A stretch of 64,000 nucleotides of DNA, taken from positions 682,001 to 746,000 of the forward strand of contig CDRNST010000281.1 in the NCBI GenBank assembly GCA_977016875.1. The letters run 5' to 3'. Both the position numbers and the translations under genes were made by a program. Below the pieces are notes generated by a model. The model ran no database searches. It was not told the origin of the DNA and was given only the letters and a program-made list of their open reading frames with translations. Source of the DNA: Pavona decussata. Its lineage: Eukaryota. Positions 1-9,730 of the stretch are shown here, piece by piece. Every line of letters begins with the position of its first letter. The first letter of the stretch is position 1.

Positions 1-479
1 GTCGGCTGGATAAAACAACAATATCTCCTTGAAGCACAATTTCCTCGCCGTTAATTATCGGATTTCCGCTTTTGAAACTATCGAGTGTTCCTTAGCAGTC
101 TTTCTTTCAGTTTATCGTTTCGAAAAGGTGTCTTTTCCCTCTGAGAAAGCGAAATTGGCGCCTGAAAATTAATAGTTTTGCGAGACACGATGTCACTGGC
201 CTTGTTCTCTTTTTCCTTTTCTTTAGGTTTTTTTTCGGGAGTTAAAAACTCCAATCCCGAAGAAAAAGTGGGAAGAGCTTCTTCATCAGCTGGTTCCCTT
301 GTGGTCATCTGTAGTTAAACGTTTTGCTGAAGATTTCTCCCGTTTTTGAATGCAAAATAGAGAAAGTCGCTCACCGAGTTCTCGAGGCATTTGTTTGCTG
401 ACGTCATCAGCGTGCACAATAAGAATATGAAGCACGCTCGCGCAATTGAATTTGATTGCACGAATTTACTAGCTATGTT

Positions 480-3300
480 ATAATACATTATGCTGGAAAA
501 CTTTATAGGTTGGGGTGCCTTTCGATCGTTCTTTCAAGGCAGTATGAATTAACCATGTTTAAAAATGTTTTTCGCGGTGAAAGGGATGCAGGGTTTATTG
601 AAAACGATAGCTTGAAATCTTCAAAAAAACGCGAGCTATCTGGAAAATAAAGTTGAATAGGGATTGCGATGAACGAGTGAGTATGTCATAATCCAATTTA
701 TATGGGGCTGTGTTGACTTTTTAAGCGGCACGTTTTACCTGCGATCTCGAATTACCGGCAAATTTGCTTACATCGTGTTCATCGCGAAAAGAACGCGAAC
801 TATCTGGAAATAAAGTAGGAATTGCGATAAACGAGTGAGGATGTCATAATCCAATTTATACGGGGCTGTGTTGACGTTTTGCGCGGCAAAGTTTACCTGC
901 GATCTCGAATTACCGGCAAATTTGCTTACATCGTGTTCATCGCGTGTCAGGACGTTTTATACTAAATGTTACAGTTAGACAGCCGACAGCGAGCGGTAAA
1001 GGGTTTTTTCAAAACCATCCTCGTCGAAAGATATCGAGGTGAGTCGAATGAAAATAACTGCCTCGGCAGCTGAGGAATTCATTGACGAACTACCAGATAG
1101 TGGAGATTCCGACACCAGCGCTTCTCCTTCGGAGTCCGAATTCAAAGATGCCGGCCGGCGACGATCCAGCCACTATCGCTGTCTTTGACCGGCTCAAAAA
1201 TTAGCAGCGAACTTCAGCTCGCAGAATCCACGGATGTATTCATTTAGGCGGTAGCGTCCTCGCACGAGACTTTTTCCTCCGTTTAGCGTAAAACCCAGAG
1301 CACCCAACCGAAAACAGTTAAAATGTTGTTTCCTTAAAAAAAAACCTAGCATCATTTTACGTCCTCCAAACCGTAAATTTCACAAGTTGACGCAGCTTGA
1401 TCCGTTCGTATTCATTAGCTGAAAGTTTTAGGGAACGGAATACTATTCCTCAAATTTACGAGCTGTTGTTGGCTTTTCGAAATGCTAGCGGGCGTTTTTT
1501 CGCACCTTTTACCGACGCATTTGTCCTCAGGTGACCTTTTGTTAAAGATAACGCTTGTTTTTCTTCACAATTTTATCCGAATATCTGATTAAGACGGGTG
1601 GCATATTCCACCAAAATGACTATATAACCGACAGATGACCGTATAACCGACAAATCCACATTGCCTGAGAAATCTGAAATTGTGGGAGATCTAAACAGTC
1701 TGCAAACACTAACTTGGTAAAATCTACAACCCGGCGAAATTAATTGAAAATATTTTACTTCCTTGAACTAATACTTTATGGTTACCGTATAGGTACCTTT
1801 CAGGAGGTGTCTTGCGCCCAAGCTATGTAGCGCGTCCGGTTTAAACTGTAGAGACATAAGCTTATATCAAATTAAAGCATATAGAGGTGGCTATTACACT
1901 ATACCAAGAATTTTGAAATAAAATAAATTGTCGAGTTTTTAGCGCTGTTTTCTTGAATCAATTTATTTCACTCGAAGGGGACACTTTAAAGAGCTAAAAC
2001 TCAAAGGGAATTTGTTCGTTTGCCTTCAAATTTAGACAGTAGCTAGTTTAACATATAAAAAACAAATACGTTTCTGCGAATTTTTCTTTCGAAATATTTT
2101 TTTCTCCGAAAGCGATTTTTGTACGATCGCTCCACATTTTTTTAAATCCTATTTCAAAAATGTTCTGTAACTTTTCCCTGCAATTAAATATGGCAAAACG
2201 CAGACACTTTTGTTTTAGCCCTTTGGGTCCGAAAACTGAGGAGCAAATAAATTAGCGATAAATAAAATTCACCTTGACTTGTAGCTTTCAAAAGGTGATT
2301 CGGACGGTTGCATTTAGAGGTCGTGAAAAATTCGGCAATTCATTTTATTTCAATATTTTTGGTATAGTGTTATAGCCAGCTCTATAAGCTCTAATTTTAT
2401 ATAGGGGTTTAGGTATCTATAGTTTAACCCGGACGCGCTATATCGCTTGGACGCGAAACACCTCTCAAGGTATACGGTAACCTTTAGCTGAAAAAGATAT
2501 GTTAGGTTACCTTTCGGTCGTTATTTCGAGGCCGTATGAATTAACCATGTTGAAAAAGCTATTTCCGCGTTGAGTGTGTTGTTTACCAACCAGGAAACAA
2601 AAAAGGGATGCAGGGTTTAATGAAAACGGTAGTTTGAAATCTTGAAAAGAACGCGAACTATCTGGAAATAAAGTAGGAATTGCGATAAACGAGTGAGGAT
2701 GTCATAATCCAATTTATACGGGGCTGTGTTGACGTTTTGCGCGGCAAAGTTTACCTGCGATCTCGAATTGCCGGCAAATTTGCTTACATCGTGTTCATCG
2801 CATGTCAGGTCGTTTTATACTAAATTTTACAGTGAGACAGTGTTTCATTGAAGAGAGCGAAGCAAGAAAAGTCACCTTGGGTAAAGAAGAGAAACCAGGT
2901 AAAAAAAAAAACGGGGCTTAAGAAGACGAACAAGGTCAAAGTCTAACCGTTCAACGAAAACAAAATAAACTTCAGCTGGTAGCGAGCGGTAAAGGTTCGT
3001 TGTACAACCAGGTCGATGCTGTTTCAAAACCAACCTCGTCGAAAGATATCGGGGTGAGTAGAATGAAAAATAACTGCCTCGGCAGCTGAGGAATTCATTG
3101 ACGAACTACCAGATAGTGAAGATTCCAACACCGGCGCTTCTCCTTCGGAGTCCGTCGAAGATGCCGGCGACGATCTAGCCACTTTCGCTGTTTTTGACTG
3201 GCTCAAAAATTGGCAGCAAATTTCAGCTCGCAGAACCGATGGATGCATTTATTTAGCCGGTGGCGTTATCGCACCAGGCTTAACTTTTGCCGTTACGATA
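480..3300. repeat. Locally duplicated upstream block, also present at 36697-38024
   Basis: About 490-1270 resembles 2490-3290 and 37225-38010. About 1280-1778 resembles 36697-37225. Internal ~168-bp tandem duplication at about 620-955. Confidence 0.85.
1779..2483. mobile_element. MITE with ~145-bp imperfect TIRs, PIF/Harbinger-like
   Basis: Ends GGTTACCGTATA.../...TATACGGTAACC. TTA on both flanks (1776-1778 and 2484-2486). Absent from the paralog near 37225. Confidence 0.8.
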
Positions 3301-3853
3301 TCGCTTTAAACGCTGAATGCTTTTGCGTGAGTTTAAATTATTGTTTTGTAATGGAACTCCGCCGGGAATGATTCTTTGTGTTTGATTGGCCGGCAGCATG
3401 AGCGCGTTGACAATAATTTTAATGTCGTGCGAAAACGCTGAAAATGTTTCAAAGCCGAAAACACGGCTTTTGCTTTTACGCGAATTCCGCATCTTTAAAT
3501 AGGCCAACATTATGACATAAGCATAATGTGATTTTATCTCGAGGCCCGTGATAGTTAATTTAGGTGTGCCGTTGCATGGGGCAAGGAGCGTTGTCAATCA
3601 TAGAACTTAAGCCAATGAAATGAGGTCATATCTAATAACACCGAGGTTATAGGCAAGATCAATTTATCTCGTGGTCCTTCTCGCCTTCATTCCCATCGTG
3701 TTAACATCCGAACGCAGATCTCCGGTACTGTAGAAGAATTATTTTTTCAGGCAAGTTAAACATTTTTCTTTTTCTTCGTTTTTCTTTTCTACCGTGTTTC
3801 TTTTGTACCGTTTGACCTCAGCTGCGCAGGTTTTTTCGGGCAATAGTTGGGAC

Positions 3854-4453
3854 ATGTCTAACTCCACCCCCCGTGTATTGATTCTCGGACATTCCTTTAT
3901 TAAGCGCTTAAAGCAGTTCGTCCGGAATAATTCCAACGATTTTGATCTTGACTTTCAAATCTCTTTGCCTGTCCTAATACGTTGGCATGGAGTTGGGGGT
4001 AGAACAGTCGAAAAGACGTTAAAATTCGACACACATGTCCTTCATTCCTTTCGCCCTGATGTCGTCATTCTCCAACTAGGCAGTAATGACCTCGTTACTC
4101 TTTCGCCCTTACGTGTTGGTTCAGCAATCGATGAGTTTGTCCATTTCCTACACGATTCATGCGGGGTGCAGTTGGTGTGCGTGTGCCAGACTATTCGCCG
4201 ATTCTCAGCTGAGGCTTTTAACACAAAGGTCGGCATGTTAACACGATACCTAAGGGTTGTGTTAGATCCTATACCATATGCCATGTTTTGGGGCCATAGA
4301 GGGTTTTGGCAGGCGAAAGACATTTTTTATACACCCGATGGCGTTCATTTGAACTCTAGGGGACAGCGTAAGCTATATCGTAGTCTCAGAGGGGCAGTCC
4401 TGCGATCTTTGCGCCTTTTGCCAAGTTCTCTTTCCTCGGAAGGAGTTTGTTAA
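3854..4453 (+). CDS. SGNH/GDSL-type hydrolase carried by the YR retrotransposon
   Basis: ATG at 3854 within ORF 3794..4453. All four SGNH blocks are present: ILGHSF (Ser), GVGGR (Gly), QLGSND (Asn), DGVH (Asp/His). No stops. Confidence 0.88.
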   Translation: MSNSTPRVLILGHSFIKRLKQFVRNNSNDFDLDFQISLPVLIRWHGVGGRTVEKTLKFDTHVLHSFRPDVVILQLGSNDLVTLSPLRVGSAIDEFVHFLHDSCGVQLVCVCQTIRRFSAEAFNTKVGMLTRYLRVVLDPIPYAMFWGHRGFWQAKDIFYTPDGVHLNSRGQRKLYRSLRGAVLRSLRLLPSSLSSEGVC

Positions 4454-4982
4454 GTTTGCTTCATTCTGATACAGATCTTTACATGTCTTGCCAGCTCTCA
4501 GTTGTGCCCTATGCCGAGCCTTTGATGTTTTATTGACACGTTCACCTATTGTTTGTGTCGGCCTTATATATTTGCTGTAAGCCATCGCCCCTTTTTGGGC
4601 GCGGCTACGTTTGACTCAGCTACAAAGCTGTTTGATTGCACGACTTGTTATACAGTCGTATGTATGTACGTATGTACTCCTTTTTGGCTGTACACGTATA
4701 ATTATTTTACTGGCTCTGGCTCAATGTTAGGTACTGGCAGTTACCGCATGAGTGTACAATCCTTTCCGACCGCTCAGTTTTTGGGTGTGTCCTTTGCGCT
4801 CGGTATTCTGCCTTTGCCTTAGGCACTGTAGTACTTCTGGCGCTAAATGATCTGATAATTTTTTCTTTCATTTCCGTCGCTATGAAGCGCATTATTTCCA
4901 GCGCTGTCCCTCTGCGGTTTACGTTATTATTTTTATTTTATCGTAATCTAGTTTCTTATCTAAGAAATTTTATTGATAAGCC

Positions 4983-6033
4983 ATGCCACCCAAGAAGCGT
5001 GCACATTCCGATCAGTCCAACACGCAAAGGAGAACGAAACGCACGCGAGGCTCCGACCTTTCTGAAGTTTCTCCAGACGACGCTGTTGCTTCTCAAAACC
5101 AGAGCAACCATCACAACCAGAACTTGATCTCAGTTGATCTGCAAACGCTATCCACCTCCATCTCGACGACCATTTCCCAGGCGATACAACAGGCGTTGGG
5201 ACCCAGGGGCACCCGCAGCTTGACTCAAGACCTCAGAGCATCTTCAATTCCTCCTGTTGAAAATGATGGGGAACGTTCCGCCAGTGAGGCCATTCAAGGG
5301 GATATCACAGCTATAACACAAGGTACTCAGCCTCAGAGTTCCCCTCGGCAGCCATTTTCAAGCATAGCCATAGCTCTCGGCTCTAGAGTCAACCCAAAAC
5401 TCAAAGCAAAAATTTGGGGTAACGAATATGTTGATTTTGGCGGGTTGCTTTCGTTGTCCCCTAATACCGATCGTTATTCCCTGTCCCTAACTCCCTCAAG
5501 TACGTCGTCTACTCAGCCCCAGTTGACACTAGAACCTAGCCAGCCACCTAAGAAGATTCATAACCTCAGTCAGTGGTTGTCAGCTTTTAATACTTTTGTC
5601 GCTATTTATGTCGAGAAATTTCCTACTGAGGCTCCTAAGTTAATGAAATACTGCGAGGCCAGGTGACTGGTCATTTTATGACGAACAGTTTCGTTACATA
5701 AGACAGTCAGCTCCCGACCAATACCCTTGGGATACTATTCATTGGGAACTATGGCTAAGGGCAGTGACAAATTTTCGTGCTCGACCGCAGGTTCCCTCTG
5801 ATAAGGTCTCCACGCGCTCTCGGAACCGCCAGTCGTTTCCGAAGGGAACTTGTTGGGCATTTCACGCCGGGCGATTCTGTGGTGGGTGCCGCTACGACCA
5901 CGTTTGTTTCAAATGTGGTTCACCCCACCCCTCAAGTCAATGTTCATCCCCTAGTTCACAACGCGCCCCCCCCTGCCAGCCCCGGAGCCAAACAAGCCCA
6001 TCCCCCTACTCAGCAGTCCGGTTACCCCCGTAA
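4983..6033 (+). pseudogene. gag-like ORF of the YR retrotransposon, frameshifted near 5660
   Basis: MPPKKR start and WLSAFNTFVAIY...KLMKYCE in frame 3. Continues in frame 1 from 5662 (GDWSFYDEQFR...WELW) into a Cys/His finger CWAFHAGRFCGGCRYDHVCFKCGSPHPSSQC. Confidence 0.82.
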
Positions 6034-8196
6034 GGGTGGAAAGGCTTGATTTTCTTTTGCAGGGTTATGCTCCAGCTTTAAAACAATATTTGATTGATGG
6101 CTTTTCTTTTGGTTTTCGAATTAAGTTTATGGGGGAAAGGCGCCCTTTCGAATCCCCTAATTTGAAGAGTGCACAAGAGCAACCCCACGTTGTTACCGCT
6201 AAACTAGAAAAGGAGCTCGAAGCGGGCAGAATAGCCGGCCCGTTTTCTTCACCTCCTTTTCCGAATTTACGCTGTTCTCCCTTAGGCATCGTTCCCAAAA
6301 AGGATCCCTCTGAATTTCGCTTAATTCATCATTTGTCGTATCCTAAGGGTTCATCTGTTAACGATTACATTCCTGAAGAATTCTCATCAGTTCACTATGC
6401 GTCTATTAGTGATGTCATATCTGTCATCAAGAAGTTAGGAGCTGGCTGTTTTATGGCTAAGACCGATATTAAATCTGCATTTCGCATCATCCCGGTTCAC
6501 CCTAAGGATCATGCTCTATTAGGCATGAAATGGGCTAACCAGTATTATTTTGATCGCGCTCTGCCAATGGGATGTAGTTCCAGCTGTGCGATTTTCGAAG
6601 CTTTTAGCTCAGCTCTCGAGTTGCTATCTAAAGATTTGTTCAATGCCTCAGGTGTTGTGCACATTTTGGATGACTTTCTCTTCATTGCCCCTACGAAGGA
6701 AAAATGTCAATCCGATCTTGACAATTTCCTTCGCATGTGTAGCTATCTCGGGGTTCCAATAGCACAGGAGAAAACCGTCGGGCCATTCAACACGCTACAG
6801 TTTGCTGGTATCACTCTCGATTCGGTGCGACAGGAAGCTAGGTTACCGGAAGATAAGCTTCAAACTGATGCCAGCTGCTACTACATCATTTTTATATGAG
6901 GCGTAAAGTAACGCTTCGCGAGCTTCAGTCTTTACTAGGCCTTTTGAATTTTACCTGCTCGGTTGTCATCCCCGGCCGCGCTTTTCTTCGCCGAATGATC
7001 AATCTTACCAGGGGCATCCAGCGCCCTCATCACCGTATTCGCTTGACTAAGGAAACGAAATTTGACATTCAGGTTTGGCTTTCTTTCCTACAAAACTTTA
7101 ATGGTAAGACCTTTTTCTATACTGAGTTATGGGAGGTCTCGAATCCTTTCGAGTTATTTACTGACGCCGCCGGCTCGAAGGGCTATGGCGCTATCTTTGG
7201 TAAGCATTGGTTCTTCGGCGCGTGGCCGGAAACATGGAAGCATTTTAATATCACCTTTTTAGAATTCTTCCCGATTGTTATCGCTCTGCGCATCTGGGGG
7301 CCTTTGATGGCCAACAGATGTGTCATTTTTAACACCGATAATGCTGCTTTGGTTGACATCATTAATCATCACACTTCTAAACACAACTTGGTGATGATAT
7401 TCTCGGTTTTCACTGTCACGCCATTGAAAAAAAAAATCGAAACCATTTCATGAATGAAGTCAAGAAATTGACATGGTATGGAAGATAAATTAATAAGGCA
7501 TCTGTCTAAGTTTCAGGTCTGTGCGGCATTCTGTACTCGAGTTATTTGACAAAATGTTCCACATAAATTTACAGAGCTTAGTATGGAGACGCCATGTTTG
7601 TGTCCCTCTGAGGGGCACAAACATGGCGGCCGGAAATACGAAAAAACATCTGGAGTTGACTTTTGCCAGAAAAGAGGTTTGTTTGCCCTTGTGAATTTTC
7701 GAATGTTTAGATTAATATTTCTCCTCAAACTTAAATTGTTTAGAATGCTGAAAATCACCCGAAGAGTCATTTTTAAGATACGGAAAAGCTCTGTCACGGC
7801 CGTCCTCCTTATGTCACGCACGATGGAAACTCGGAAATTGAAACTGTTCTATTTTGAAAAGGAAGCACGACATCGAGCTTAGAAATTGTGAACAGACATA
7901 TTTTTAGGTAATCTTTCCTTGAATGAAGGTAAAAATTTTGTACCCCTCCCAGTTTTGGATTCTAGAATTTGGTGACGTCACGTGAAAACCGAGAATTGGT
8001 CCGTGACCTGGTGTTAACCTCTTTGCGACACAACACAATGTTTCGAGCTAGGCATATTCAAGGTGTTCACAATACTCCCGCCGATTACATTTCCCGGTTT
8101 CAGGTCGACAAGTTCAAGGTATTGTGTCCGGGGGTGGACGAATTTCCGACGGCTGTGCCCGAGAGCCTTCTGCCGGAGAGTTGGTCACTAACCTGA
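6021..8196 (+). pseudogene. Reverse transcriptase / RNase H of the YR retrotransposon (frameshift near 6865, MITE insertion at 7401-7994)
   Basis: VTPV start, SPLGIVPKK, FRLIHHLS, KTDIKSAFR, LPMGCSSS and HILDDF. RNase H motifs LFTDAA, LEFFPI, TDN and HIQGVHNTPADYISR. Confidence 0.92.
7401..7994. mobile_element. 594-bp non-autonomous DNA element (MITE) inserted in RNase H
   Basis: 13-bp perfect TIR TCTCGGTTTTCAC/GTGAAAACCGAGA flanked by AT on both sides. Removing the element plus one AT restores the frame LVMILVRDLVL. Confidence 0.9.
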
Positions 8197-9107
8197 GTGC
8201 TCTGCTTGAGTCTTCCTTATCTTCTGCTACTCGGAAAATGTATCAGAGAACGTGGGCAGTCTTTACCGAGTTTTACACACACTATTTTATTTCAGCTCCC
8301 CCTTCGCTCCCCCTGACCTGCGCTTCCTTGGCCCTTTTCATTTCCTATCTTAACGCCCGAAAATTGGCACCCGCAACCGTAACGTCTTATCTCTCCGCTA
8401 TTAGTTATGTACACAAAATAGCCGGTATACACGATCCTACCAAAACATTCGTCATTCAAAAACTTATGAGGGCTATCAGTCGCTCGAAGTCGGCTGATAT
8501 TAGGCTGCCCATTACACGATCTGTTCTCCATCAACTGGTCCGCTCATTGCAGCATACCAACTCTTCGGCCTCTCAGCGCACTACGTTTTCCACCATGTTT
8601 TTATTAGCTTTTTACGGGTTTTTCCGTGTCGGAGAGCTAGCGACCAAAAGCCTCGATTGTTCTGATAGCGTTGTTCAATACTGCAACGTCAGCTTTCTTA
8701 CGAGTTCAGCTGACATCGGCAGAGTCAAGATCACACTTGCTCGCTTTAAACATAACACGGACAATCGGCCCCATGATATCATTATTGAACGCGAAGATTC
8801 CCTTCCATTCTGCCCGGTAAAATCGCTCCTCGAGTATTGCCGGTTAAGAGGCAATAAGCCCGGGCCACTTTTCTGCTGTTCTGATGGGAGCCCTATTGCT
8901 ATTACCCATTTCAATTCTGAGCTACGTCGTTGTTTAACTTTTTGTGGGCTCGACACTTCTCGATATAAAAGTCATAGTTTCCGCATAGGGGCCGCTTGTC
9001 TTGCAGCTGAGAATGGTTACTCCGACGCTCAAATCCGGGCTCTTGGTCGCTGGAAGTCCGACGCATTCAAGCTCTACATCAGGTCGGGCACTTTACATGC
9101 CAACTAA
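8124..9107 (+). CDS. Tyrosine recombinase (phage integrase family) of the retrotransposon
   Basis: Open frame overlapping the end of RNase H. Catalytic motifs AFYGFFRVGEL (R), KSHSFRIGAA (H-x-x-R) and LGRWKSDAFKLY (W, Y). Exact start uncertain. Confidence 0.93.
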   Translation: MSGGGRISDGCAREPSAGELVTNLSALLESSLSSATRKMYQRTWAVFTEFYTHYFISAPPSLPLTCASLALFISYLNARKLAPATVTSYLSAISYVHKIAGIHDPTKTFVIQKLMRAISRSKSADIRLPITRSVLHQLVRSLQHTNSSASQRTTFSTMFLLAFYGFFRVGELATKSLDCSDSVVQYCNVSFLTSSADIGRVKITLARFKHNTDNRPHDIIIEREDSLPFCPVKSLLEYCRLRGNKPGPLFCCSDGSPIAITHFNSELRRCLTFCGLDTSRYKSHSFRIGAACLAAENGYSDAQIRALGRWKSDAFKLYIRSGTLHAN

Positions 9108-9142
9108 CTACTAAGTAATATATTTAGGGATGAATGGGTCAT

Positions 9143-9730
9143 GGCGTAGTTCAGACATGGGCTGCTACCCTTTCTTATTTCTTGCCTGCGGTGCATTCGC
9201 CTTTGCGTTACTTATAAATTCTACGGCTCTCAATTCCTAAATAACGCGGGTAGGCGACTTAGGTCAGTCATGGGCTGCTAATTCGCCGCTTCGGTGCATT
9301 CGCCTTTGCGTCGATTATAAATTCTACGGCTTTAAATTCCTACATAACGCGGGTAGGCGACTTAGGTCAGTCATGGGCTGCTAATTCGCCTCCTCGTTTT
9401 AGAATAATTTGTTTTTCACGCTCGTCAAGCTGACAATTGTTTACAGATTGCGTCCAGGATGAATTGAGTCAGACATTGGGCTGTCGGTTCATCCTCGGCA
9501 TTCATTTGTCTGACTGCTTAGCGATTTCGAATAGTAGTATTTGGTTATGTTGTCTTTAATTTTTCCTAGATCTAGATACTGATATGGTTTTCTTAGCTTG
9601 CTCCAGACTGCTTCAATTGTTTGTCTCTTTCACGGGCTGTGCCCGCCACCGTTTATATCATTTACACTGCTATATCGTTTTCATGTTGAACGTAACGTTG
9701 GTCAGTCATGGGCTCGCATCGTTACCGTTC
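9143..9730 (+). other. Array of five bulged stem-loops with conserved apical motif KTCAGWCATGGGCTG in the element 3' UTR
   Basis: Copies at 9143-9170, 9253-9287, 9355-9391, 9456-9495 and 9688-9730. Each is closed by a complementary stem, and the stem sequences differ. Confidence 0.75.

Noticed and set aside
78-308. 76-aa minus-strand ORF at the window edge
   Set aside because: No recognisable motif, and the context is cut off by the window start.
5655-5670. Programmed frameshift in gag
   Set aside because: No slippery heptamer, and residues appear to be missing between YCE and GDW, which fits a deletion.
8124-9107. Prophage or bacterial integrase / contamination
   Set aside because: It overlaps an RT/RNase H frame in the DIRS-like manner and is embedded in intron-containing eukaryotic DNA.
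9143-9730. CRISPR array interpretation of the repeat-spacer pattern
   Set aside because: Eukaryotic retrotransposon context and no cas genes. The repeats are only ~15 nt and degenerate, the spacers are ~90 nt, and two spacers are duplicates of each other.
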